Below, in pieces: positions 1-9,956 of a stretch of DNA of 64,000 nt (the first letter of the stretch is position 1; each line of letters opens with the position of its first letter). The DNA comes from Alphaproteobacteria bacterium (GTDB lineage Bacteria > Pseudomonadota > Alphaproteobacteria > JAAXGF01), in NCBI GenBank assembly GCA_963555825.3, contig CAUVXB020000002.1, positions 1,184,001 to 1,248,000 on the forward strand, in the 5' to 3' direction. The position numbers and the translations under genes are program-made. The notes under the pieces are model-generated. The model did not search any database, was not told where the DNA came from, and was given only the letters and a program-made list of their open reading frames with translations.

Positions 1-801
1 CGGGTTCTGGTAGTCGAGCCCGATGACGAAGCCGACCGACACCTGATGGTCCTCGAGATGGTAGACGAACGAGCCGCCATAGGTACCGGCATCGAGCGGC
101 CAGCCGATGGTGTGGACGATCGTACCCTGGCTGTGGCGCGCCGGATCGACCTCCCACAGCTCCTTGATGCCGATGCCGAAGGTCTGCGGATCGGTGTCGG
201 CGCGCAGGTCGAACCGCTCGAACAGGCCCTTGGTCAGCGAGCCGCGGCAGCCCTCGGCGAACAGCGTGAAGCGCGCATGGAGTTCGATGCCCGGCTCGTG
301 GTTCGGCTTGGCCGAACCGTCCTTGGCGATGCCCATGTCGGGCGTCGCGACGCCGCGCACGCGGCCGTCGTCGGCGTAGAGCACCTCGCCGGCCGGAAAG
401 CCCGGGTAGATCTCGACGCCGAGCGCCTCGGCCTGCTCACCGAGCCAGCGGCAGAAATTGCCGAGGCTGACGATGTAGTTGCCGTCGTTGTGCATCTGCG
501 GCGGCGTCGGCAGCGAAATGCCGCCCTTTTCGGTGAGCAGCAGGAAGCGGTCGTCGCCGGCCGGCGTGTCGAGCGGCGCGCCGCGCTCCCGCCAGTCAGG
601 CATCAGCTCGTTCAGGGCGCGCGGCTCGAGCACCGCGCCCGACAGGATATGCGCGCCGACCTCGGCGCCCTTCTCGAGGACGCAGACCGAGACCTCGCGG
701 CCCTCGGCCTCGGCCAGCTGCTTGAGGCGGATCGCCGCGGCCAGCCCCGACGGGCCGGCGCCGACGATGACCACGTCGTATGCCATGAATTCGCGTTCCA
801 T
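1..801 (-). CDS. Electron transfer flavoprotein-ubiquinone oxidoreductase (5' part; runs off the window edge)
   Basis: Reverse strand from ATG at 801 reads MEREFMAYDVVIVGAGPSGLAAAIRLKQ...EKGAEVGAHILSGAV, the FAD-binding N-terminus of ETF-QO; absent from ORF track because there is no stop in window. Confidence 0.93.
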   Translation of the reverse strand, partial: MEREFMAYDVVIVGAGPSGLAAAIRLKQLAEAEGREVSVCVLEKGAEVGAHILSGAVLEPRALNELMPDWRERGAPLDTPAGDDRFLLLTEKGGISLPTPPQMHNDGNYIVSLGNFCRWLGEQAEALGVEIYPGFPAGEVLYADDGRVRGVATPDMGIAKDGSAKPNHEPGIELHARFTLFAEGCRGSLTKGLFERFDLRADTDPQTFGIGIKELWEVDPARHSQGTIVHTIGWPLDAGTYGGSFVYHLEDHQVSVGFVIGLDYQNP

Positions 802-831
802 CGCCCCCTCCCGAGCAGACCGAAGATCAAA

Positions 832-968
832 AGCATAATCCGATCGATTGGGTTCGGTAGGATTATGCCAGCCCGCGACTGCGGGCCGCCGCCCCTGCGG
901 CGAAAGCAAGCGCGGCGATTGAGCGCAGGTCAGCTTTACGCAGTAAAGATGACCGCACAAAGGTCTAG
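832..968 (+). repeat. Structured intergenic repeat family 1, copy A
   Basis: GCATAATCC..GGATTATGC hairpin, GCCCGC-GACT-GCGGGC, core GCGCGGCGATTGAGCGCAGGTCA-gCTTTAC-gca-GTAAAG-aTGACCGCAC, ends GGTCTAG. Confidence 0.9.
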
Positions 969-1061
969 CCCGAGGTTATGCCGCCCTTACCCCGGCCGGT
1001 CAATCGCCGTCATGCGCCGGCCTCGCTGGTGGTGCGTTAGGGGCCGTGATAAGTTCGCCGC

Positions 1062-1853
1062 ATGACCGCCCAGCCACGCCCCGAAGACCTTCTGGACTGG
1101 TATATCGAGACCGGCGCCGACGAGGCGATCGGCGACACACCGGTCGACCGATTCGCGGCCTCGAAAGCCGGGACGCAGCGCGCCGCGCCACCCGCCGGCG
1201 CCAAGCCCGCGGCACCGCGCGCGCCGGCCGCGCCGCCGGCCGCGACGGCGACGCGCGAGATCGCCGCCGCCTGCGACACGGTCGAGGCGCTGGTCGCGGC
1301 GATCCAGGATTTCGACGGCTGCGCGTTGAAAGAGACCGCGACCAACACCGTAATCGCCGACGGCAATGCGGAAACGGCGCGGGTGATGTTCGTCGGCGAG
1401 GCGCCCGGCGCGGCGGAAGACCGCCGCGGCCTGCCCTTCGTCGGGCCTGCCGGACAGCTCCTCGACCGCATGCTGGCGGCGATCGGCATGGACCGCGCGA
1501 CCGCCTACATCTCGAACATGATCTTCTGGCGGCCGCCCGGCAACCGCACGCCGACCGCCGACGAGATCGCCATGTGCCTGGCCTTCACCCAGCGCCATAT
1601 CGAGCTGGTCGCGCCCGAGGTGCTGGTGCCGATCGGCGGCATTTCGGCCAAGGCGCTGCTCGGCCGCGCCGAGGGCATCACCCGGCTGCGCGGTACCTGG
1701 CACAGCTACCAGAGCCCCGGTCTCGCGGAACCGATCCCGGCCATCGCGACCTTCCACTCTGCCTATCTGCTGCGCCAGCCGGCCAAGAAACGCGAGGTCT
1801 GGTGCGACCTGCTGGCCATCAAGGCCCGCCTCGACGAGGCCGACGCGGCCTGA
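1062..1853 (+). CDS. Uracil-DNA glycosylase, family 4-like
   Basis: Motifs VMFVGEAPG, GLPFVGPAGQLLD, WRPPGNRTP, TFHSAYLLR. Confidence 0.92.
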   Translation: MTAQPRPEDLLDWYIETGADEAIGDTPVDRFAASKAGTQRAAPPAGAKPAAPRAPAAPPAATATREIAAACDTVEALVAAIQDFDGCALKETATNTVIADGNAETARVMFVGEAPGAAEDRRGLPFVGPAGQLLDRMLAAIGMDRATAYISNMIFWRPPGNRTPTADEIAMCLAFTQRHIELVAPEVLVPIGGISAKALLGRAEGITRLRGTWHSYQSPGLAEPIPAIATFHSAYLLRQPAKKREVWCDLLAIKARLDEADAA

Positions 1854-2254
1854 TCCCGGCCGCCGCCAACGACGCGCTCGCCACCGTCTTCAGCCTCCCG
1901 ATGCTGCTGGTCGCCACGCGCTGTTTCGAATTCGGCGTCTGACGACGCGGTCAGAGCCCGCCTTTAGGCGCGACCCGACTCTCATGGCGAGCTGGACCCA
2001 TGCGCATCGCGTGATCAATTTTCGCCTTGCTCATTGGTGTGACGCCGCCACGAAAGATTGACCAGGGGTACCGGATAAATGGTTCGAGAGGTAGGCTGCC
2101 TACGGCAGCGTCCTGGCGACGCGGAGACCAAGATCATTGCGCCGTCTGGCAGCCCAAACTCTATCGAATTTGCGGGCCGAATGCCTCGACACGATTCGAA
2201 GTAACCGTCACGACAAGATAAGAATTGTCAAAATAACATCAACATCTTTCCAAT

Positions 2255-4366
2255 CTATTCCAAATAATCATTAAAACACGTAAGCAACATTTTTGCAACT
2301 CTAATTCCGATTTTGCTTGGCATACTATTATAATTAAATACTCCGTAACTTGGCGCATACTCTTTAAATTTCCGTGCTGGTAAATATAGCTGCATATTCG
2401 ACATCCAACACTCGCACACTTCTTTCCCAATTCCCTCAAGATCCAATTCGTTCAATTCATAAATACATTGATTCTTCGTGGCTCTTAGTGCACCAGATGA
2501 TATTCGGTCGGATGACGGCTCAACCCGAAATGTGCGCACTTCCCGGTCGGCATCCCTTATTTTATCCTTCACCAATCTGATTTGCTCTATTGTGGAATTT
2601 TGATCTAAACGGCCCAGATACTTAACAATATTTCTTGTCCACTGCTCAACTTCCCGAGCTCTCTTTGCTCTTGTCATATTCTGAGTGGGCGGCGGCACAA
2701 CGGCGGCGGTCTGTGCATCCTTGAGTTTCTTTGCCGCTCGGCGTTCCTTCTCGGCGGCAACGCGCTCGGCTTCCTTGCGTCGGGCTTCTTTGGCAGCTTT
2801 GCGCTTGGCTTCTTCCGCCGCCTTGCGTTCGGCGTCGCGGCGTTCGGCTTCCCTGCGCTGTGCTTCCATAATAGCCGTCAATCTTGCACGGGCGAGCGCG
2901 GCGAAGTGACCTTCGGGGTGCTGCCGCAGATAGGCTTCGTAATCGACGGGGTTCGGGCTGTCCTTGATCGACTCCCAAAACGCGAGGTCTAGACCAGCGG
3001 GCTCGGGTGCCGGTGCCGGCGTGACGAGGTCGCGCTTTACCCTCGCTCGCTCCGCGAAATGCTGATCGGGAAAGTTCGCGAGGAATGTCACGAAGTCAGC
3101 GTGATCGGAAGAGTTGGCGATGCTCTCCCACGCTGCAAGCTCACCCGGATCGATCTGCTTGATCAGGGCCCCGAAGACGAAGGCGGTCTCGCCCTTGTAC
3201 TCCATGCGGTACCAGTTCGTGTCCTTGACCTTGCCGGTCACCGCGACGGCATCGTCGCGTGACAGTCGCCCGACGCGGCTGGACTCGGTGGTCGGCTCGG
3301 CGCGGACATTCGAGGTCTTGAGCGCCACGAAGGTCGCGTCCATTTCCTCGACCTGGATGCTGGGCTCTGGCGGTGGAATGATTGCCGCGGTCTGTGTCTC
3401 CTGCCTCGAAGGCGCCTTCAGTGCATCACGCTTGAGCGTCGCTATGTTTGCGAACGCCCCGTTTGGATAGCTCTGCAAATATGCCTCAAACATCGCGGGA
3501 TCCGTGCTGTTCTGGATTGACTGCCAGAACACGGTCTCCTGTTGCGTCGCTGCGGCGGTATCGCTGGTCGCCGACACCTCGGGCGCCTCCACCGTGACCG
3601 CTACGCTGACGCGGAAATAGAAGTCCGCCCCCGTCATCGACGACTCTTCCCACGGCGTCTGCTTGCCCTTGGTCTCCTCCCTCACGGCGTCGCGCACCAG
3701 CTTGAACACCTTCTCGGCTGGCAGACCGGGCGTTTGCATCACCCGTGACAGGGCCAGCGTGTACGGGCTGTTCGCGCCGTCACCGTCGACCGCGACGTCG
3801 CCCGGCCCGGTCGAGTAGGCGACGAGGCTGCCGGTCGGCGCGTTCATCTTGGCCAGGCCGCGCAATTGCGAACGGAAGCTCCGCGTCATCGGGTTGTTGC
3901 GGCAGGCGTCGAGGATTACGAAGTTCACCCGGTTGCCGGCGAACTCCATCTGCCCGAGCACCCAGCTGGCGCCGACCGCCTCGATGGCGACGTGGCGCTC
4001 CCTCTCGATCTCGGCGTTCAACGGGATGAGGTAGTTCTGGCCTTCGACCTGGACGCCGTGGCCGGCGTAGTAGAACAGGCCGACGGCATCCTTGCCCGCC
4101 GCTTCGAGCCGGTCGCCCAACTCGAAGATGGCGAGTTTCATCTCTCTCTGGTTGGCATCGACGCGCTCGATGACATCGAAGCCGAGCCCGCGCAGCGTCT
4201 CGGCCATGAGACGCGCGTCGTTGGCCGGGTTTGCCAGCGGTGCGTCGGCGTACGCGCTGTTGCCGATGACCAGCGCGACGCGCGGCTCGGGCACCGCCGC
4301 TGTCGCAATGTTCATCGCGCCGAATAGAACGAGGACCAGCGCGACGGCTGCTGCCAGACGTTTCAT
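2255..4366 (-). CDS. Secreted caspase-like (peptidase C14) protein with helical repeats, bacterial SH3 domain, coiled coil and AT-rich C-terminal module
   Basis: Signal peptide; RVALVIGNSAY, FYYAGHG and ILDACRNNP His/Cys dyad; three W.SI..S...YL...P.G.F repeats; NVRAEP..VTGKV..NWY SH3-like segment. Confidence 0.88.
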   Translation of the reverse strand: MKRLAAAVALVLVLFGAMNIATAAVPEPRVALVIGNSAYADAPLANPANDARLMAETLRGLGFDVIERVDANQREMKLAIFELGDRLEAAGKDAVGLFYYAGHGVQVEGQNYLIPLNAEIERERHVAIEAVGASWVLGQMEFAGNRVNFVILDACRNNPMTRSFRSQLRGLAKMNAPTGSLVAYSTGPGDVAVDGDGANSPYTLALSRVMQTPGLPAEKVFKLVRDAVREETKGKQTPWEESSMTGADFYFRVSVAVTVEAPEVSATSDTAAATQQETVFWQSIQNSTDPAMFEAYLQSYPNGAFANIATLKRDALKAPSRQETQTAAIIPPPEPSIQVEEMDATFVALKTSNVRAEPTTESSRVGRLSRDDAVAVTGKVKDTNWYRMEYKGETAFVFGALIKQIDPGELAAWESIANSSDHADFVTFLANFPDQHFAERARVKRDLVTPAPAPEPAGLDLAFWESIKDSPNPVDYEAYLRQHPEGHFAALARARLTAIMEAQRREAERRDAERKAAEEAKRKAAKEARRKEAERVAAEKERRAAKKLKDAQTAAVVPPPTQNMTRAKRAREVEQWTRNIVKYLGRLDQNSTIEQIRLVKDKIRDADREVRTFRVEPSSDRISSGALRATKNQCIYELNELDLEGIGKEVCECWMSNMQLYLPARKFKEYAPSYGVFNYNSMPSKIGIRVAKMLLTCFNDYLE

Positions 4367-4497
4367 CGCATCGTCCTCAACCGGAATTGGCAGTCTACCA
4401 CGGCGCCCTAAGAGCGGCCAACCGGCGCATCGCCGGCTTGCCGCGGCACGGGCGAGGCCTTATGATCGCCGCGGCGGGACGATAACAACGGGGCGAA

Positions 4498-6342
4498 ATG
4501 CCGGTGAGTATGGCTGCTGCCCGGCGCCTTCGGTGGTGGGTGCTTCGGGCCTTTTTTGTGGCGATCCTGGGGGGACTCGCGGGCGGTGAGGCGACCGCCG
4601 AGCCATCGGTGCTGCGCGTCGCCGTGGCGCCCGACGGCACCGACGGCGTGGAACGCGAGGTCGCCCTGCCTGGCGTGCTCGGCGCGCGCGATGTCGAGCG
4701 CTACAAACGCATCTTCGAGGTCCAGGAAATCGGCGACTGGCACGCCGCGAACCACGAGATCGAGCAGCTCGACGATCGCATCCTGATGGGCCATGTCATG
4801 GTCCAGCGCTACATGCATCCGACCGCCTACCGCTCGAAGTTCAAGGAGCTCAGCGACTGGTTGGAGGCCTACGCCGACCACCCGCAGGCCAAGCGCGTCT
4901 ATCGCCTGGCGATGCGCCGCAAGCCGGCCGCGGCGCGCGCGCCGCGTAAGCCGGTGCTGCCGATCCAGCCCAAGCTCGACAATGGCGAGGCGGCGCCGAA
5001 GACCGGCTACAAATCGCCGCGCAAGCCGACCAAGGCGCAGCGGGGCAAGCTGATCGCGATCATCAAGGACATGCGCCGGCACATCCGGCGCGGCCAGGTG
5101 AAGCGCGCCGCCGTACACCTGTGGGCGGCCGACTTCAAGGGTCTCGCCGACGAGTTCGAGTTCGACACGCTAAGGCGCGATATCGCGCATGGCTTCCTGA
5201 TTACGGGCGACGACGCCAAGGCGTTCGAGTATGCCGACGCGAGCGCCCAACGCTCGGGCGAAGCGGTCCCACTGGCGCATTGGACGGCGGGACTCGCCGC
5301 CTACCGCCTCGGCGAGCTCGACGCCGCGCGCGAGCATTTCGAGGCGCTCGCCCGCTCCGACGTCGCCGCGACCGAAACGATTGCCGCGGGCGGTTACTGG
5401 GCGGCGCGCGTTAACCTGATCACGCGCAAGCCGCAACGTGTCAGCCGATTCCTCAAGATCGCCGCGACCGAGCCGCGTAGCTTCTATGGCCTGCTCGCGC
5501 TGCGCGCGCTGGCAGAGGATCCTGGTTTCACCTGGCAGGCGCCGCGGCTGACCGAGCGCGACCTCGAGATCGTGCGCCGCGTGCCCGCCGCGATCCGTGC
5601 CTTGGCGCTCGCGCAAGCTCATCAACACGAGCGCGCCGAGTTGGAGCTGCGCCGGCTCAGGGCCGACGCCAGTCCTGCGCTCGGCAGGGCGATGCTCGCG
5701 ATCGCGACGCAGCTTCGGCTGCCGGCGGCCCAGCTACGCATCGCCAGATCGCTCAGTAGATTGGACGGACGACGCCACGACGGCGGGCTCTACCCGCTCG
5801 CTGCCTGGGTGCCCGAGGGCGGCTACCGGGTCGACCGCGCCTTGATCTATGCGCTGATGCGCCAGGAATCGCAGTTCAACGCGCGCGCCAAGAGCCGCGC
5901 CGGCGCGCGTGGCCTGATGCAGCTGATGCCGTCGACCGCCTCGTTCATCTCGGGCGACCGGCGCTACCGCAAGAGCCACAGGAACAAACTGTTCGATCCG
6001 GCGATCAACATCGAGCTCGGTCAGACCTACATCCTGCACCTCGCCGCGCAGCCCGAGATCGCCGACAACCTGTTTTACCTGGTCGCCGCCTACAACGGCG
6101 GACCGGGCAACCTGAACAAGTGGCGCCGCCGCCAGGCGCAGGACGACGACCCGCTGCTGTTCGTCGAGACCCTGCCGTCGCGCGAGACGCGCGGCTTCAT
6201 CAAGAGCGTGTTCACCAACTTCTGGGCCTATCGCGCACAGCTCGGCCAGGCGACGCCGTCGCTCGACGCCGTCGCCGGCGGTCGCTGGCCGACCTATGTG
6301 CCGCTCGACCCGACATCGGTCGCCGTCAATGCCGGGAACTGA
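4498..6342 (+). CDS. Soluble lytic transglycosylase (SLT domain)
   Basis: [35 protein letters not shown] motifs. Confidence 0.92.
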   Translation: MPVSMAAARRLRWWVLRAFFVAILGGLAGGEATAEPSVLRVAVAPDGTDGVEREVALPGVLGARDVERYKRIFEVQEIGDWHAANHEIEQLDDRILMGHVMVQRYMHPTAYRSKFKELSDWLEAYADHPQAKRVYRLAMRRKPAAARAPRKPVLPIQPKLDNGEAAPKTGYKSPRKPTKAQRGKLIAIIKDMRRHIRRGQVKRAAVHLWAADFKGLADEFEFDTLRRDIAHGFLITGDDAKAFEYADASAQRSGEAVPLAHWTAGLAAYRLGELDAAREHFEALARSDVAATETIAAGGYWAARVNLITRKPQRVSRFLKIAATEPRSFYGLLALRALAEDPGFTWQAPRLTERDLEIVRRVPAAIRALALAQAHQHERAELELRRLRADASPALGRAMLAIATQLRLPAAQLRIARSLSRLDGRRHDGGLYPLAAWVPEGGYRVDRALIYALMRQESQFNARAKSRAGARGLMQLMPSTASFISGDRRYRKSHRNKLFDPAINIELGQTYILHLAAQPEIADNLFYLVAAYNGGPGNLNKWRRRQAQDDDPLLFVETLPSRETRGFIKSVFTNFWAYRAQLGQATPSLDAVAGGRWPTYVPLDPTSVAVNAGN

Positions 6343-6868
6343 GAGCGGCCGGCCCTTCATCCCGGTCAACATCGCGGTGCTGACCGTTTCGGACACACGC
6401 ACCGAGGCCGACGACACCTCCGGGCAGACCCTGGTCGATCGCATCGCGAACGCCGGCCACAAGCTGGTCGACCGCGCTATCGTCACCGACGACGAGGCCG
6501 CCATCGTCGCCCGGCTCGGGGCCTGGATCGCCGATCCGGATGTCGACGTCGTCATCGCCACCGGCGGTACCGGACTGACCGGGCGCGACGTCACGCCCGA
6601 GGCGTTCCACGCGGTCTACGAGAAGGAAATCGCCGGCTTCGGCGAGCTGTTCCGCATGATCAGCTTCCAAAAGATCAAGACCTCGACGATCCAGTCGCGC
6701 GCTACCGCGGGCGTCGCAGGCGGCACCTATCTGTTTGCCCTGCCCGGCTCGCCCGGCGCCTGCCGCGACGGCTGGGACGAGATCCTCGAGGCCCAGCTCG
6801 ATTACCGCCACAAGCCGTGCAATTTCGTCGAGCTGATGCCCCGGCTCGAGGAGCACCGCAAGAGCTAG
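6329..6868 (+). CDS. moaB: Molybdenum cofactor biosynthesis protein B
   Basis: [48 protein letters not shown]. Confidence 0.93.
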   Translation: MPGTESGRPFIPVNIAVLTVSDTRTEADDTSGQTLVDRIANAGHKLVDRAIVTDDEAAIVARLGAWIADPDVDVVIATGGTGLTGRDVTPEAFHAVYEKEIAGFGELFRMISFQKIKTSTIQSRATAGVAGGTYLFALPGSPGACRDGWDEILEAQLDYRHKPCNFVELMPRLEEHRKS

Positions 6869-6886
6869 CCTGGGATTCTCACCATG
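6865..6886 (+). repeat. Solo terminal inverted repeat of MITE family 2
   Basis: CTAGCCTGGGATTCTCACCATG matches the family-2 ends at about 18/22 positions. Confidence 0.55.
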
Positions 6887-8443
6887 ACGGCAAAGGGCGT
6901 CGTCGCCTGCGGCAACCCGATCACCGCCGATACCGCCGCCGAGGTGCTGCGCGAGGGCGGCAATGCGTTCGACGCGGCGCTCGCCGCGATGTGCGCGGCC
7001 TGCGTCGCCGAGCCGGTGCTGTGCTCGCTCGGCGGCGGCGGCTTCCTGCTCGCCCGGCCGGCCGAAGGCGAGTCCCGGCTCTACGACTTCTTCACCCACA
7101 CGCCGGCGGACCCGCGCCCGGCCGACGAGATCGAGTTCTACGCCAAGCACGCCGACTTCGGGCCGGCGCGCCAGGAATTCCACATCGGCATGGGCTCGAT
7201 CGCCGTGCCGGGCCTGGTCAAGGGGCTGTTCACGGCGCATGACGAACTCGGCTGGATGCCGATGCGCCGCATCGTCGAACCGGCGGCGGCGCTGGCGCGC
7301 GACGGCGTGGCGATCGAGCCGTTGCAGGCGCGCATCTTCGAGTTCATCGGCGCGATCTATCTGGCGACCGAGGCATCGCGCGCCCTGTTCGGCAGCGCGC
7401 TCGAGGACGGCGCGCTGTTGCAGGCCGGCGAGCGCTACCGCGCGCCCGACTTCGCCGACGCGCTCGAAGCGATCGCCCGGGAAGGCGCGGACCTGTTCTA
7501 CCGGGGCGATATCGCCGCGCGCATCCTGAGTGATTGCCGCGACAACGGCGGTCATCTGACCCGGACCGACCTCGACGCATACCGAGTAGCGCGGCGCGCG
7601 CCGTTGATTTGGCGCTACCGCGGCGCCGAGATCGCGACCAACCCGCCGCCGTCGTCGGGCGGCGTGCTGATCGCCTTCGCGCTCGGCCTGATCGAGCCCG
7701 CCGACTTCGCGGCGGCCGGCTTGGGCAGCGCCCAGGCGCTCGGCTGGCTGGCCCGCGCCATGCGCCAGACCAACCGCGCGCGGATCGAGCGCCACATCCA
7801 CGACCTCGCCCACGACGAGGTCGCCGCCGATCTGCTGGCGCCCGAGCTGATCGCCGCCTACCGCGATGGCGTGATCGGCGCGCCGCCCGCGACGCGCGGC
7901 ACGACGCATATCAACGTCATCGACGGCGCCGGCAACGCGGTGGCGCTCAGCGTCTCGAACGGCGAGGGTTCGGCTTATATCGTGCCGGGCACCGGCATCA
8001 TGCTGAACAACATGCTCGGCGAGGAAGACGTCAACCCGACCGGTTTCCACAACTGGCCGCCGGCACGGCGTATGTCGTCGATGATGGCGCCGTCCATGCT
8101 GCGCGATGCATCGGGACGGGTCACCGCGTTGGGCAGCGGCGGCTCGAACCGCATCCGCACCGCGCTGCTCCAGGTCCTGGTCGGGCTGATCGACTTCGAG
8201 ATGGCGCTCGACGCCGCCATCCATGCGCCGCGCCTGCACCTCGAGGACGATTTGTTGAACGTCGAGGCGGGCTTCGCGCCCGAAGCGGTCGCCGCGCTGA
8301 CGCGCGAGTTCCCCGAACAGAAACCCTGGCCGCCCGGCAACATGTTCTTCGGCGGCGTCCACGCCGCCTCGGTCGACCAGGCGCTCAAATCCTTCGTCGG
8401 CGCCGGCGACCCGCGCCGCGGCGGTGTGGCGGTCACGCTCTAG
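6884..8443 (+). CDS. ggt: Gamma-glutamyltransferase family (Ntn hydrolase)
   Basis: GGNAFDAA, LGGGGF, NPPPSSGG, catalytic GTTHINVID, GIMLNNMLG, GSGGSNRI, GAGDPRRGG. Confidence 0.88.
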   Translation: MTAKGVVACGNPITADTAAEVLREGGNAFDAALAAMCAACVAEPVLCSLGGGGFLLARPAEGESRLYDFFTHTPADPRPADEIEFYAKHADFGPARQEFHIGMGSIAVPGLVKGLFTAHDELGWMPMRRIVEPAAALARDGVAIEPLQARIFEFIGAIYLATEASRALFGSALEDGALLQAGERYRAPDFADALEAIAREGADLFYRGDIAARILSDCRDNGGHLTRTDLDAYRVARRAPLIWRYRGAEIATNPPPSSGGVLIAFALGLIEPADFAAAGLGSAQALGWLARAMRQTNRARIERHIHDLAHDEVAADLLAPELIAAYRDGVIGAPPATRGTTHINVIDGAGNAVALSVSNGEGSAYIVPGTGIMLNNMLGEEDVNPTGFHNWPPARRMSSMMAPSMLRDASGRVTALGSGGSNRIRTALLQVLVGLIDFEMALDAAIHAPRLHLEDDLLNVEAGFAPEAVAALTREFPEQKPWPPGNMFFGGVHAASVDQALKSFVGAGDPRRGGVAVTL

Positions 8444-8479
8444 CGCACCCGTCGATCGAGGCAACGCGCAGCAATGACC

Positions 8480-8653
8480 GTGACGTAATACTTACCAATT
8501 GGTGACAAACACGATAATTAAGGGGACGTGATGCTTAATTCAAACCAATTACATATACTGTCACCATATAAATAAGTATCACGTCCCCGTAATTATTCTA
8601 CTAATTGTTCTTGTTTAATGATTTCCCTTGGTTTTGGCACGTCCCCCGAATTT
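8480..8653. repeat. AT-rich inverted-repeat element (GGGGACGT / GGTGACA motifs)
   Basis: 24-bp inverted repeat 8514-8537 / 8573-8596 with 2 mismatches; further partial copies at 8482-8494 and 8638-8652; GGTGACA (8501) / TGTCACC (8559). Confidence 0.8.
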
Positions 8654-9270
8654 GAGGCGTCGCGGCATTCTCGCGCACGATCTCGCCACCGCCGATAATC
8701 GGCGCCTTCGTCGATGTCGGCGCGTTGCTCGAGAAGCGCGATGCGGAAATGACCGGGCACCGTCGCCAGCGTGTCGGCCAGCGCGTGTTCGGTCGACCAG
8801 CGGACGCCCCTGAACAGGCCGCGCGGCGGCGGGCGGCGGCGGGCCAGGCCGATCAGCCAGTAGCCGCCGTCGGTCGCCGGGCCGAACACCGCGTCGGCCG
8901 CGCCCAGTGCGTGGAAGGCGCGTGCGACCTGCCCGGCGTCGAGTTCGGGCATGTCGGTGCCGACGATGATTGCCGGACCCGGTGGCAGGCGCCCAAACGC
9001 CCGCACCATGCGCGCGCCGAGATCGCCCGGGCCTTGCGCGATGCGGGACAGTTCGTTGGGCCAGAAACCGGCGCCCGTGAACCGGTCGGGCGTCACGGCG
9101 AGTCCGGTGCGCCAGCGCGCGTCATTCGCGACGCGGCCGAGGACGCGCGTCGTGCAGCCGCGGTAGAAGCGCCACGCCGCGAGCGCGCCGATGTCGGCGG
9201 CGAGCCGCGTCTTGACGGCGCCCAAGCGCGGCGCGCGCAGGAAGACCACCAGGTGGCGCGCCGGCCTCAC
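8593..9270 (-). CDS. TIGR04282/DUF2064 family glycosyltransferase-like protein
   Basis: GTG start overlapping upstream stop; RAPRLGAVKTRLA, QGPGDLGARM, IVGTDMP, FGPATDGGYWLIG, VRWST. Confidence 0.88.
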   Translation of the reverse strand: MRPARHLVVFLRAPRLGAVKTRLAADIGALAAWRFYRGCTTRVLGRVANDARWRTGLAVTPDRFTGAGFWPNELSRIAQGPGDLGARMVRAFGRLPPGPAIIVGTDMPELDAGQVARAFHALGAADAVFGPATDGGYWLIGLARRRPPPRGLFRGVRWSTEHALADTLATVPGHFRIALLEQRADIDEGADYRRWRDRARECRDASNSGDVPKPREIIKQEQLVE

Positions 9271-9956
9271 CCGTAGAGGCGCGCGATGGTGCGCGTCGGC
9301 AGGCCGGCGAAATAGAGCCCGAGGCACGCCAGGTTGCGCGCCGAACGCCTCAGGTAGCCGGCGCGCCGGTAGCGCTCGGCCGAGGTCACCGCGGCGGCGT
9401 CGAGCAGTGCCAGCCGCGCGCGGCCAATGCGCCGGACCAGCTCGACGTCCTCCATCAGCGGCAGCGGCCGGAAGCCGCCGAGCGCGTCGTAGAAGGTGCG
9501 TGCAATCAACAATCCCTGGTCGCCATAGGGCAGCGCCAGCGCGCGGCTGCGCCAGGCGACGACCGCCTCGAGGCGGCGCGCCGCCGGCGTCGCGTCGTCG
9601 AGCGTGAAGCGGAAGGCGGCGGCGCGTGCCGCGTTGCCGGGGTCGGCGATGAAGCCGCGCGCCGCCTCGGCCCAGCCCGGCGCAAGCCATGTGTCGGCAT
9701 GCAGGAACAAGAGCCAGGGCGCCGTGACCAGGGCCGCGCCGGCGGCGAGCTGTGCGCCACGGCCGCGCGCGGTGTTGATGACGCGGGCGCCGTACCGTGC
9801 CGCGACCGCGCGCGTCGCGTCGGTCGAGCCACCGTCGGCGACGACGATCTCGCCGACCAGCGATCCGCCGTGATCGAGTGCCGCGAGACAGTGGCCCAGG
9901 CCGGCCGCCGAACCGAGCGTCGGGACGACGACGCCGAGCGACGACTCAGGCGGCAC
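9267..9956 (-). CDS. TIGR04283 family GT2 glycosyltransferase (paralog 1)
   Basis: VADGGSTD, GRGAQLAAGA, LLFLHADT, PYGDQG, PLMEDVE, TSAERY. Confidence 0.9.
   Translation of the reverse strand: MPPESSLGVVVPTLGSAAGLGHCLAALDHGGSLVGEIVVADGGSTDATRAVAARYGARVINTARGRGAQLAAGAALVTAPWLLFLHADTWLAPGWAEAARGFIADPGNAARAAAFRFTLDDATPAARRLEAVVAWRSRALALPYGDQGLLIARTFYDALGGFRPLPLMEDVELVRRIGRARLALLDAAAVTSAERYRRAGYLRRSARNLACLGLYFAGLPTRTIARLYG

Noticed and set aside
46-1065. 339-aa + strand ORF and the many other long antisense or alternative-frame ORFs (e.g. 6326-8464, 23712-25376, 31127-33256, 61163-63724)
   Set aside because: Shadow ORFs of high-GC genes; the opposite or other frame carries recognisable motifs
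2255-2690. Diversity-generating retroelement target at the caspase C-terminus
   Set aside because: No reverse transcriptase, no template/variable repeat pair and no recognisable C-type lectin/FGE fold in the window
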